64,000 nt of DNA from Octopus bimaculoides (lineage: Eukaryota). The DNA is taken from positions 46,500,755 to 46,564,754 of the forward strand of contig NC_069000.1 in the NCBI RefSeq assembly GCF_001194135.2. The letters are read 5' to 3'. Positions 1 through 12,134 of the stretch are shown piece after piece (within the stretch, counting starts at the first letter, position 1; every line of letters starts with the position of its first letter). Below the pieces are notes generated by a model. It was not told the origin of the DNA. It searched no databases and worked only from the letters and a program-made list of their open reading frames with translations. Position numbers and translations under genes: made by a program.

Positions 1-180
1 AAATGCCTTGTGGTGTTTTCTTCTGTCCCTTTATGCTCTGAGTTCAAATTCTTTCAAGGTCAGCTTTTCCTTTAATATTTCCAGGGTTGAAAAAGTAAGG
101 TACCAGTAATTACTGGATCAGTGGTATCGGATGTTCCCCCATCCCCTGGAAATTGCAGTCTTTGAGCCTGAATCAAAAAA
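1..180 (+). mobile_element. tRNA-derived SINE, family A (5'-truncated by window edge)
   Basis: Shares the tctgagttcaaatt...ttt(g)cctttcat...taccag...ttgtgcct core with many other copies in the window. Confidence 0.75.
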
Positions 181-231
181 TGTTGTTGATTTTTTTTTTT
201 TTTTTACAATTTCTTTTCATTTCTGTTGCAG

Positions 232-306
232 CCAGAAAAAGAAATCCCCAACACCCCCACTGAACTCTTGTACCAGGCCCTTCTTCCAAGTCTACCACAG
301 TATAGT
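232..306 (+). CDS. STRIP1: STRIP1/2 (FAM40) homologue, first exon visible in window (gene starts upstream of window)
   Basis: Acceptor ttctgttgcag|, donor |gtaagt; encodes PEKEIPNTPTELLYQALLPSLPQYS, matching the STRIP motif ETLYQGLLPSLPQYM; 75 nt, phase 0-0. Nearby alternative AG at 234-235 makes the 5' edge slightly uncertain. Confidence 0.88.
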
Positions 307-374
307 GTAAGTATCAACACCTTTATTGGTTTTACAGACATTACACAGCATATATGTGTGTGTGTGTGTGTGTG

Positions 375-431
<57 letters not shown>

Positions 432-676
432 GCTATTATGTTAAACTGTCGTATGTCCAAAATTGGCCAAATGTGTTTCTTTCAATATTTACTTTTGCTT
501 GCAATAGCCAGTTCTTTTGGTCAAACTATCGTATCTCCAGTTGCTTCAGATGCCAAGATAATCAAAAATTGTCAAAGCGTAGTAAAACAGTTTTGCTATG
601 GAATGGTGAAACTATTTTTTTTGTTTTTTGAAAAAAGGCAACATTTTGGACTTACGACACTTTTGCATAATAGCAA

Positions 677-710
<34 letters not shown>

Positions 711-848
711 ATATATATATATACCTTAACTGGTTATATATAGTTATTTCTCTCTCCCCCCTCCTCCTACACTGGCATACAGTTACTGTATCCCAAAGTT
801 TCTATCCAAACCTAACATATATATACTCACGTGTTTTATCTCTTCCAG

Positions 849-934
849 ATTGCTCTCCTCAAGATACTCCTGGCAGCTTGTCCTACTTCAAAAACAAAAT
901 CAGAATCCATCAATATCCTCACTGATGTTCTGCC
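849..934 (+). CDS. STRIP1: STRIP exon
   Basis: tcttccag| ... cc|gtgagt; IALLKILLAACPTSKTKSESINILTDVL(P), matching STRIP IALLKILLAAAPTSKAKTDSINILADVLP; 86 nt, phase 0-2. Confidence 0.95.
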
Positions 935-1558
935 GTGAGTTTAAAAATTTTATGATTTGTCTGTCTTTCATCTGGAGTTGATTAAACCATCTACCAGTAA
1001 TATACTGGGCTATCAATATAAATCCCTACTTTTTATTTCATATCTCATCTTTTTCTGGTTGTTACATATATTCTACAACACTAAAACTTTTCTCTTACCT
1101 TAACATTAGCACTGTCATGAAGCCCACCACATCACCATTCAGCTGTTAAACTGGGCAGCAGCAGCAAGAATATAAACTAGCCAACCACCACCACTATCAC
1201 CATCACTACAACTATTACTACTACCACTTCAATGTTACTATTACTTGTATAAGCACACTGCTGAACCAGCTCTGTAATCCCTACTGTCATTACTACCACC
1301 ACTTACACACTCTCTCTCTCTAACTAACAGTCATACCCTCATGAAGCCCACCACATCACCACCATCCACCACCATTTATCTGTATATCATTGTATGTTCA
1401 TTAACTTTCCTTCCTTCCTTCCATTCCAGCCACCTCACAAATGATCAAGAGCCAGATGCCCAAAACATAAGGTTGCCACCTTTTTTTTTTACCTCTCTCT
1501 CTCCTCATGTTTCTTTTGTCTGTATCATTATTATTATTGTTATTGTTATTGTTATTAA

Positions 1559-1715
1559 GGCAGGCGAGTTGGCAAAATTGTTACCTTGCCAGGCAAAATG
1601 CTTCACAGCATTTCGTTCATTTTTATGACCTGGGTTCAACTTCCGCTAGTGTCAACTTACATCCCCACCCCTCACATTTTCTGACCATGTGCCCAAAATG
1701 AGAAAGTGTTGTTAT
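1559..1715 (+). mobile_element. SINE family A
   Basis: Head ggcaggcgagttggcaaaattgtta, B-box-like gggttcaacttcc; preceded by (TTA/TTG)n. Confidence 0.75.
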
Positions 1716-2147
1716 TATTATCATTTATTATCCTATGCTATCAGCTAGACAACATAATTCCTGCTGAATGGCAACCAGTCACACAGAGCAGGCATTGTAG
1801 TGTAATGTTATTGTTCAAAACAGCTTCAAGTTCTGTTGGCCTTCTTTTCTCAGTTCAAAACCAAAAAAAAACAAATGGTTTTGAGAATATAGGTTGCAAA
1901 GACAAGAATTTATGTAGAATGTGAGTTGTTGTGATTAGTATTTTCTGGATTTCCTGTTAGGTTTTCCTGTTATTTTTTTTTTCAAGGAAATCGCTCTTTT
2001 TTTTTTTTTGATTCCTGGTGCTTCAGTCACTGCTCGTATTATTTGTCTTCCAGTGCCACATCCTGCTTATTTCAATTTCTAGGTCTTTATATTTGGCAAA
2101 TTTATCATATTCTTGGCTGGCATCATCATCATCATCATTATTAATAT

Positions 2148-3185
2148 GTCAAGCCAGCAGAACCATTGGCGCACTGGACAAAATGCATCCATCTCTGTAT
2201 CCTGAGTTCAAATTCCACTCATGTCCAGTTTGCCTTTTGTCCTTTCAGGGTCCATGAAATAAATACCATTTGAGTAATGGGCTCAATATAATTATCTAAT
2301 GTCCTCCCCTAAAATATTTTGGTCCTAATTTCTATAGTAGAAAGAATTGTTATTGTTGTTATTTGTTACCTTTTATACCTCCAAGCTTGATAAAATAAAT
2401 ACCAGTCAAATACCTCGCCCCCCCCCCCAATATTTACTAGTCATGTGTCAAGATGGCACATTTGTAAGGGTATGAGATAAAATGCTGTGTCATCTTTCTT
2501 CCAGCTCTCTTCATCCTGAGTTCAAATTTGACCAAGGTTGTTTTGCCTTTCTCCTCTCAGGGTCCATAAAAAAACCCCATTTGAGTGCTGCAGTTCAGTT
2601 GGTTTGCCCTTTCCCTCCAAAATTTCAAGCTTTGTGCCTATGGTAGAAAGGATTATTGTTGTTGTTGTTATTGTTGGTGAGCTGGCAGAACTGTTAGCAC
2701 GCTGGGTGAAATGCTTAGTGGCATTTAGCCTGTCACTACATTTTGAGTTCAAATTCCGACGAGGTTGACTTTGCCTTTCATCCTTTTGGGATCGATGTGG
2801 TCACCCCCCCCCCCCAAATTTTTTTTCAGGCCTTGTGCCTATAATAGAAAGGATTCAGAATTGTCTGTGTGTGCTGAGTGTACTTAGTTATCTCCCTTTA
2901 CGTGAAACACTGGGGTCAATGTAAGTGACTTGCCCCTTCCCTCCAAATTTGAGGCCTTGTGAGCTGGCAGAATTGTCATTGCTGTGGGTAAAATGATCAG
3001 AGGCATTTCTTGAAGCTTAACATTCTGAGTTCAAATAGCATGGAGGTCGACTTTGCTTTTTATCATTTTACGGCTGATAATATGTGCCAATTAAGCACTT
3101 GGGGGTCAATGTAATCAAGTAAGTGCCTCCCCCCAAATCTCATGCCTTGTGCTTATCCTAGAAAAGATTATTATTATTATTAATA
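2148..3185 (+). mobile_element. Cluster of ~4-5 same-orientation SINE family A copies/fragments
   Basis: Repeated gagctggcagaa...tgagttcaaat...gactttgcctt(t)catcc...gccttgtgcct...agaaaggattatt units. Confidence 0.85.
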
Positions 3186-3338
3186 ACAGCAGCAGTCATC
3201 GCATAGGGTTGCCAGCAGTTGCAGTGGTGATTGCAATTCAGTTGTTCTTTATTGTTAACAAAGTATCAGGTTATCACTAAAATATGTCTGGTGTACAGAT
3301 TGCATATGACAGTGTATAACATAAAGTGCATGTGACAA

Positions 3339-3402
<64 letters not shown>

Positions 3403-4393
3403 GTTATGTATGTGTGTGTTGTAGTTGGTAACTTTAGTTATCCAGGTAACCTGATTGTCAGTGGCAGCAGGTGTTTCCAACACCTAATAATCAGAATTGA
3501 AACTGGATAGACAAAGTTTAAGGAGTTGTAACCTCTACTGGTAATAAAGGGTCTCTCTGTCAGTGAAGGACCAATTGTATGATACTTATGTATGAAATGT
3601 GATGCTGCAGGGTAGTGAGACAGAGGACTTGAATGCTGAGGATTTAAAGTGAGTAGAAAGAAATGAATTGTAAAAACAAACATTGAGGTTCACCTCACAA
3701 AGTAAGTTCTACTTATTTAAATGTTTCTATTTTAATTTTATGTAAATTAGTGACCAATAACAGTATGCAACACCTAAATTCACTAATTGAAGTTAGTGTT
3801 TCTTAAAAAAAAAATACAATCTGATCTAATTAAAGACCTATCATTCTGGCTCCTAGAAAATTCAAACCTAGGGACAGCAGAAAGTCAACATCATAACAGT
3901 CTAACCTTCCTCCCTCATCCTTTGCACTCAAAAACTCGTCCCCTGCCAAATATGTCCCTAGCAAAATCTACATACGCCTAGTTTGCTTCAGTCCATGTCA
4001 GTGGGTGGACCTTGAATTAAGATGCTTAGATTAATGGCTTGTTAAAAAGTAAACGGATGCAAATGCAATTACTACATGTCTCTGCAGTAGAAACATGTGT
4101 TGGACAAATTTAAAATCAAAAATGCTGTAATTGGTTGCAGAAATAACCAAAAATAATTTTATAGATGCATTAATCTCTGTATTCATTGTTAGAGTATTGG
4201 ATATAAACTTAGTTAGATATTCATAATCCAGAGAAGTGAGCCTAGGATTTGCCCATCAGATATAATACAGTGGAATTGCTTAACTCAAGTAATTCTAGGT
4301 GTTCATTACAACTTGGTACAGTTAACCTTAACCTGGATTATAACTAAGTTCTTGAATGGTAACCACCAGGATATTGTATCCCTCTCTATTCAC

Positions 4394-4427
<34 letters not shown>

Positions 4428-4488
4428 TATGTATATATACACACATATATGTATATATATTGCAGTGTTGTGTGTTTATGTTTTGCAG

Positions 4489-4615
4489 GACGACAGTTTT
4501 ACAGTCAGTGAAATTAGAAATTGATATTAATCGTCACAAAGAGATTATCACTAAAGCAATTTCAGGGCTGTTGTTGTTGCTTCTGAAACATTTTAAACTG
4601 AACCATATTTACCAG
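4489..4615 (+). CDS. STRIP1: STRIP exon
   Basis: ttttgcag| ... cag|gtaag; TTVLQSVKLEIDINRHKEIITKAISGLLLLLLKHFKLNHIYQ; 127 nt, phase 2-0. Confidence 0.96.
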
Positions 4616-4644
4616 GTAAGATACAATCATTTATCCATCATCAT

Positions 4645-4778
4645 CATTTTATGTCCTTTATTTCCGACTTTAATGCTGTCGGGGTCGATAAATAAAGCAC
4701 CAGTGAAACAGTGGGGGTCAATGTAATCAACTATCCCCCTCTCGCCAAATTTCAGGCCTTGTGCCTTTAGTAGAAAGG

Positions 4779-4820
<42 letters not shown>
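4645..4820 (+). mobile_element. SINE family A 3' half with (ATT)n tail
   Basis: ggggtcgataaataaagcaccagt...ggccttgtgcctttagtagaaagg(att)n. Confidence 0.85.
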
Positions 4821-4848
4821 GATCTGTTTTTCTCTTTGTCTTTTCCAG

Positions 4849-4949
4849 TTTGAGTTTTTGAGCCAACATTTAGTGCTTGCTAACTGCATTCCACTTGTTT
4901 TAAAGTTTTTCAACCAGAATATTATGTCGTATGTAGCCACCAAAAACAG
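4849..4949 (+). CDS. STRIP1: STRIP exon
   Basis: cttttccag| ... ag|gtgagt; FEFLSQHLVLANCIPLVLKFFNQNIMSYVATKN; 101 nt, phase 0-2. Confidence 0.96.
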
Positions 4950-5104
4950 GTGAGTCTTTCATTAATTCTATACCTGCAGTGTTTCTTCCTTCCCTGCACA
5001 CCTTTCTAAACACTTGAACCATTGCAGAACTGATAGATACCCATCCCTCCTCCCCACCGCTCTCTCCCTGTCTTCATTTTTCTCAGAGATTGCTATTTCT
5101 TTCT

Positions 5105-5142
<38 letters not shown>

Positions 5143-6553
5143 GATATCCATGTCTCCCTCTTTATCTCGTGTGGTTATTCAGTCTCTCTCTCTTTCTCTC
5201 TCGATTCCTCTCATAGACATCTATGTCCCCTCTCGCTCATTAATCAACCAGTTGACTAATTACTTCAATATAAACAGTTTGATGTGTCTCAATGAATTAT
5301 TACATGGAACTCTGTGGTGGACATCAAACACAACAACCTGTATTTTACGATGTCTGTATTAAGATTTCAGTATCTCTGTGTTTGCTATATATCCCACACT
5401 AACTATATAATATACACGTGCTAACTATATGATAACTCTTGGTCTGCTGTTCCTGAAATGACTTGTGACTAAATGAAACCAACCTTAGGAACGGTGCCAT
5501 TCTGAAATCCATGTCGACAGTGGGTTAACTCCCTTGGATAATTTTATGAAGATGGTGCATTACTAAAGTATAAGATAGATAAAACATGTCTTGTCTGGAG
5601 TCAATAACCACACACGATGTGCTACAACAGATGTACACATGGCGTTTATACAATATGCTGGTGGAGAGAAAAGCAGTGGACATCTGTCCTTGAATGTATT
5701 GTATGGTCGAATGATTTACATTTGTCACAACACATAGTATTGGGTGTTAAATCTATTGAAGATGTAAGGTACAGTGTTAAAGGAATGAAATGAAACACTG
5801 TTAACATGGCAGCTGATATATGAGAGAGAGAGACAGACAGAAAGAAGAGAGGTTATTAATGTGGATGGTTGAGATAGCACCAACTTTGAAGATGCTGGGA
5901 GCTGACAAGGGGCAGCAAATATCCAGCAGGTTTTATGTGTTTTGAAGGAGTGAGTTTTTTTTTTTACCCCAGACCTAAAATATTTAAACCAGAAACAAAA
6001 CTCATTTTGTTGGGATTAAAATATGAGCAGGAGGACTGCATTGTGCTCCAGTATATGCTTTGGTAGGGTTTCTACTGTGTGTACAGGGAGCTTTATCCAT
6101 GGTGCCAGCACTAACGAGGTTTCCATGTGGCTTGCAAGATGAAACGTCAATAGATTCAACTGGTTTTTATTCTTGGTGTTGTGAGGTTAGAGTATGAAGG
6201 GAAGTGTCACAACGGGTTTCTTGTTGTAGAATAGGTAGATGGCTATTCACATTATACACGAGTGGGTGGGAGTGACCAGGGTAGAACTGGAAAAAGATTA
6301 AGAGGGTGGTGATGATGTGTCAGGGTAGGCCCTGAAGGGTAGGAGAACAGGAAGGGTGGCTGGGTATTACCTATGAATCTGATTAATGGTGGGTGTCTTT
6401 GTGTGTAGCAAGTGGTGTGTGTGTGTGTGTGTGTGCACTTGAAAGTTTGTATTTGCCATATCAGAGTGTGTGAGTGTGTGTGTCTGTGTTTGGCTTTCTT
6501 CTTTATTTTTCGTTTGGTGCCACTAAAAGTGTCGTTCTCTTCTTCTCTTTCAG

Positions 6554-6620
6554 TATTGTAGCTTTAGATTTCCCCTCCTGTGTTATTGGTGAACAAATTG
6601 AAATAACTGGGGAAAATCTG
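6554..6620 (+). CDS. STRIP1: STRIP exon
   Basis: ctctttcag| ... ctg|gtaagt; (S)IVALDFPSCVIGEQIEITGENL, aligning to SISVLDYPHCVVHELPELTAESL; 67 nt, phase 2-0. Confidence 0.92.
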
Positions 6621-6843
6621 GTAAGTTCCACTGAAATATATCCTAAGACAAGGACCAGAATTTGTTGTTGTATAGAATTGGTCACTAATGATAGAACAGG
6701 TCTAATGAAGAGGAGTAATTACGTGAACATAATCTCAAGAACTTAAACGTCTTATAGACTTATTAGACTTAAGTCAAGTCACTTGTATAACATTTCCATG
6801 ATTGGGGATCCTTAATTTTTTTACCAGGATTTTTGAACTCTGA

Positions 6844-7061
6844 CCCTTTTGTGCAGAACCACTTGGAACTGTCTGTGGTTGTGGGATTGCAACTTCTTAT
6901 TTAAAAGTGATCTACATTTAAACCTTCCTACAAAATTTCATAATATACTTTCTAAGTATCCGTTTAATAATGATGAAATTAATGCATTAAATTCTTCCTT
7001 AATTTCAAAATTAAGCGAAATGAAAGTGATGTATTTCAACTGAAATATGGTATCGAAAGGG
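6844..7061. mobile_element. piggyBac-like MITE (CCCTTT...AAAGGG ends, TTAA at right flank)
   Basis: Left ga|cccttttg, right cgaaaggg|ttaa; AT-rich interior. A related right end (aaaagggttga) occurs at ~10877-10887. Confidence 0.5.
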
Positions 7062-7254
7062 TTAAATATGCATCCCACTTAAAAATTGACTTCAGTTTAA
7101 TGTTTGTCTAACAAAGCAGTTGGAGTGTCTCAGTAAAAGATTTGCTAAGTTTCATTTAAAATTTGACACGGCACTTACACTTTGGAAATTTTTTGTTAAC
7201 ACTTTGGATAATTTCTGCTGTGGGGATGTATCTTGTGTATTTTCCTTTTTGACC

Positions 7255-7495
7255 TGGTAGAAGAGTTCATCTCCATCCAAGTCTGATCACGGTCAATCCT
7301 CCTAGAGAAAAAAAGAAAGACAAAGAGGAGAATAATTGCACCCAGTACAGGGCTGATAGTTTATTTATTAACTTTGGAGGGATGAAAGATAAAGTTGACT
7401 TCAATGGGTTTTGAACTCATGGAGCCAAGGGCCAAAGTAAAACAACACAGTGAGTTTTATCTGATGCTCTAACAACTCTGCCAGCTTTCCACCCT
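7255..7495 (-). mobile_element. SINE family A, reverse orientation
   Basis: Reverse complement reads ggaaagctggcagagttgttag...tgagttcaaaa...gtcaactttatctttcatcc. Confidence 0.75.
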
Positions 7496-7796
7496 CCATA
7501 TAGCACCACAGATACCCACCCCTTTGCCAAATATGTTACTTTGTGCTAATATAAGAAATTATTACAACTAAACATTAAGAAAAGGTTGTGGAATGGTCAG
7601 GATGGTAAAGCATCTTCATTTCGGTCCATTTCTATGGATTTTGAGTTCAAATTCTGCAAAAACTGATTTTATATTTTATCTCCCTACAGTTGGTACCAGT
7701 GATAAACTATGGTTGTGTCAATATGGCAAACTGCTGACAGCATTTTTATCATTCTTTATTCTGAAATGTTTTTTTGTTTCTTCATATTTTCTTCAG

Positions 7797-7901
7797 GAAA
7801 ATGGTGATGACCAAGTGTTCTGTTGGCGCAACTTGTTTTCCTGTATCAATCTTCTGAGAATTTTGAATAAATTGATCAAATGGAAACATGCCAGAACTAT
7901 G
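7797..7901 (+). CDS. STRIP1: STRIP exon
   Basis: ttttcttcag| ... atg|gtgagt; ENGDDQVFCWRNLFSCINLLRILNKLIKWKHARTM; 105 nt, phase 0-0. Confidence 0.97.
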
Positions 7902-8315
7902 GTGAGTCAGTGCTTCTCTCTTTCCTCCTTCATCTGGGATTCTCATTCCTTTAGACACCATTATTCTAGGAATATCCTCCTCCTCCTACTCCTCATTTTA
8001 ATGTTCACTTTTATCCGCTTGTGTGGTTAGATGGAATTTCCTGCAACCAGCTCTCACTTGTTTACATGCAAAGTAATATTTCTCGGTGTCTAGACATGTT
8101 TTTTCACATAAGATTGGACACTGCTTGTATGACAGGGGTGCTCATTTACAACTATTACATGATGCTAAGCCATGTTTACTGCTGCACCATACTGTAATAA
8201 CTCGCCAGTGTGGTGGTCAAGGTCAGGACGGCATTCGTTGATATATTCTCTGCAAATTGACACTGTGTTGTTGTTGCTGTAATGGGTTTTGTTTTGTGTG
8301 TGTGTTTTTCTTCAG

Positions 8316-8520
8316 ATGCTGGTTGTGTTCAAGTCGCACCCCTTCCTGAAGCACGCCCTTACAGTCAAGCAGTCTATGATGCAGCTTTATGTGCTGAAAC
8401 TACTTAAAATGCAAACCAAATACCTCGGACGACAATGGAGGAAGAGCAACATGAAAACCATGTCTGCCATTTACCAGAAAGTCCGACATAGACTCAACGA
8501 TGACTGGGCTTTCGGAAATG
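8316..8520 (+). CDS. STRIP1: STRIP exon
   Basis: tttttcttcag| ... g|gtgagt; MLVVFKSHPFLKHALTVKQSMMQLYVLKLLKMQTKYLGRQWRKSNMKTMSAIYQKVRHRLNDDWAFGN; 205 nt, phase 0-1. Confidence 0.97.
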
Positions 8521-8681
8521 GTGAGTTAGTTCCAACGCCAAACGCTATCTGTTGTCTGTGTGTCTCCTTCGTCTCCTCCAATGTTTTGTTGACTACAACC
8601 ACTTCACACTGCAATTTATATGTCACACTACACATTACACACCCATACATTACACATATTCTCTACTTCTAAACACTGCAT

Positions 8682-8716
<35 letters not shown>

Positions 8717-8972
8717 CTACTACTAGGAACTACTCATAAACTTCATTACACATGCACACACACACACATTACACATGCTGTACAAACACACTACCATACA
8801 ACCACACACAAACTCTTTTCATACCATCACATACACTACTACTACTACGACACATTACGTACCATACATTACTCACACACACACTCTACCACTACACACA
8901 TACACATAAACTATCATTACACACACAAACACACTACACATGCATGTACTGAACACATACATTGCCTTACCA

Positions 8973-9007
<35 letters not shown>

Positions 9008-9057
9008 AAGCCTTGTCTATTTTAATGTTGTTTAAGATTTGCTTTCTGTGCTTGCAG

Positions 9058-9308
9058 ACCTGGATACGAAACCGTGGGATTTCCAGGCTGAAGAGTGTGC
9101 GCTTCGGGCATGTGTCGACCGGTTCAACAACCGGCGGTATGGCACCAATGGAACGGACGTGAACTTCACACCAGTAGACAACTGCATACTCAGTGTTCTC
9201 GGACAGAATCTGCAGCTGAGTGATGACTTCAAGCATAACTACGAGCTTTGGTTGGAACAAGAGGTGTTCTCGAACCAGGTCGATTGGGACCAGATCCTTC
9301 ACCAGTGA
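9058..9308 (+). CDS. STRIP1: STRIP terminal coding exon (to TGA)
   Basis: ctgtgcttgcag|; (D)LDTKPWDFQAEECALRACVDRFNNRRY...PVDNCILSVLGQNLQLSDDFKHNYELWLEQEVFSNQVDWDQILHQ*, the canonical STRIP C-terminus; phase 1. Confidence 0.97.
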
Positions 9309-9672
9309 AATGTGTCGCTGACTGCAGAAGAAGGGAGGCATCGGACCCTTCGTTGGTGGACTGTCGACTAGGATCAAACACCTGTGGGGTACTGTAACCC
9401 CACCTCTTTAATTTTGGGCTGTAGGGTGGGGGGATCAGTCGAAGTGAAAGGGTGCCCTTAGTGTGTTGTGTGTTTGTAAGGGAATGAAATGCAGACATTG
9501 ATGATGTTGGGTTGGGAAGGTTTGGTAAAGCTGAGATACAGTATTAGGCTCCTGCCCTGATATTGGGGGGGTCAGATGATGTGGGGTGGGTGGTGGTGGT
9601 GGAGGACAGGGAGGTGGAGTCAAAGACTGAGGGTGACTAGATTTTCTTTTAACTATTTTAATGCTTTTCAGC

Positions 9673-9728
<56 letters not shown>

Positions 9729-9762
9729 TGTTTATACATATATACACACATTCACTAAACGA

Positions 9763-9801
<39 letters not shown>

Positions 9802-11231
9802 CACACACACACACACACACACCCACAACACAGATTTGTATACTTATAAATGTATAAGCTATATATAGATTAAATGAGCAACACAAAGAAACAAGTATGC
9901 ATGTGTGTGTGTGTGTGTATACAAATGGGGATTGAGCCCTCCTTCCCTCCTTCCTACATGCCATGTTGAAACATGTCTATAACTTATTAAACTAAACAAT
10001 AAAATAGTCCTTGAAATATTTCAAATTTTGCCGATTCCATATTTGCTGCTCCAACACCTGTCTGAAACATTTCCATAGGAAACTGATCAGCAGTTCCTCA
10101 CAACACTTAGTGTAGAATTATTCCTGTGTTTGGTCTTTTATTGCTAGTTTGAATATTCATCAGACATTGGTCCTGTTTGGTGCTGTTTGATGGAACCTAC
10201 CAGTAATAGAAAGAACAACAGTTAAATTGAAATTTTAAGAATGAATGTTAACCATTTCGTGTTAGGCCTCTGTCAGTTAAGGATAACTTGCATCTGTGTG
10301 TGTGTTGGCGTGTGTGCAAGGTTGTTTTGCAGAAGGTTAGAACTTGCTCCTGCATGCAAATCTACCTCTCTATACCACTCATGCTTATCCAAGAGAAAGG
10401 CTACGAATTTAGAATTGATGTGGTCTGGCACCAATGTCATTGTGCAAAAAACCAGATCCAATTCTCCAAGACATCTCAGGTTTTTCTCTAACACAATCTC
10501 TGCCAATCCTTTCCCGTAGGTTGGTGGTTGTTTTTCAATCAACCCATGACAATATGAAAGGCAAAGCTGTCCTCTTGTGCAGCAAACCAGAACAAGTAGT
10601 CTGTGAAGTGCACTTTCCGAAATTCTAAAAACTCTGCCATTTCTTTGTTTATTTTGTTTTGTTTACTCTGTTTCTGTTGAAAATTCACTGCCTTTATTTC
10701 AATTAATTTTGAAAATAACGAAGAAATTAGTAAAATAATTTTGTCATTAATTAATCTTGTGTTTGGGCCATGAATTAACATGAAATTTTGATGGAATAAG
10801 TTTCATAATTTTAGATCACTTTAAAATGAGGGATGTGTATCGTGGAATAAAGGGCTATCTTTGGTGGAATGGTATTAAAAGGGTTGAATATGGTTATTGA
10901 TTTTGAACAAATTGAGGATGTTATTGCTTTGACCCCCCACTTTCCTGTTCCTCCATGGGTCAGACAGAATTTGTTGAGTCTGATTTTCTATGGCCAGATG
11001 CCCTTCTTGTTACCAATCTTCATCTGCTTCCAAGCAAGTTAATAATTCTGTCAGTCCTTCAAACACAAATAGCACAATGCAGTGGGGGGGGGGCGTGATT
11101 TTGCAAGTGAACGACACCATTCGTAAGACAGTAATGCTTCTTTTTCACAATTAGTGCACATTGTCAAGACAAGGAGACACAAACACAAATGCAAAGAGCA
11201 CATATCGTTTAACCTGTCTTGNNNNNNNNNN

Positions 11232-11271
<40 letters not shown>

Positions 11272-12134
11272 CACGTACATACACATACTCACACCATATA
11301 TCTACACATACAAACACAAATGCAAAGAGCACATATCGTTTAACCTGTCTTGTGTAGACATAAATATTTAATATCCTGCATATTCCACCTGTAAAGCTAC
11401 TAAGCTACAGGTGGTCAAGCCTGTTGTCATTTCCTCTATCAACAAATCCCTCTTTGGCCCCATACGGATTCCTTACTTGAATAATAGATAATGAGGGTTA
11501 GCAACAGGAAGGGCAACCGACTGTAAAACAATGCCATGATAATATATTCCTCTAACTCATACTAGCAGGAAAAACAGATGGTAAAACTTAATCCAATGAA
11601 TAATAAATCCATGTATATTCTGGTCCTTATTTCGTCTTTCTGCTTGGTTTTCAAATAATCTGGGACTCATTGAACAACCAGGGTTTATAGTTTTCTTCTT
11701 AGTTTAAATAATAACAACCTTGTTATTCCGATTATCAAATCAAACTTTCTTTTTACATTATTTAAGATTAATTTATCTCTGCCCTTCCCTCTTCACAAAA
11801 TGTGGTTTTCACTTCATTAAGCTCTCTCCTATCAAAGAAGAACTAAACGGTTTGCATGAAATATGCTAGTGTTGTTAAAAACCCACATATTTTTTGAAGA
11901 AAAATAATGATTTAAATAATGTAAAGATAATGAAATGAATAGTCATTTGATTTTAAAAAACGGATACTCTCTTCCCCACCTAGCTGGCTATTGTGAGCCT
12001 CCTGGCTTAGCCAACAGACTGAGGCAAAAATATGTTTGTTGAAAATGTAACTTGAACAGTTTAATTGCTTTCATGCTGTCTTGGTGCTTCAGTTTTTATG
12101 TATAATTATGTGTGTGCGTTTGTCTTGCGAGTAA

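Noticed and set aside
1918-1920. 3-nt microexon tag|AAT|gtgagt that would give LP-M-TT in STRIP
   Set aside because: No polypyrimidine tract, does not restore EEMP, and is expected by chance.
11179-11352. 43-bp direct repeat flanking a gap and (TA)n; likewise 34 bp at 33463-33540
   Set aside because: Both straddle short ~10-N gaps, typical of unmerged overlapping contig ends rather than TSDs.
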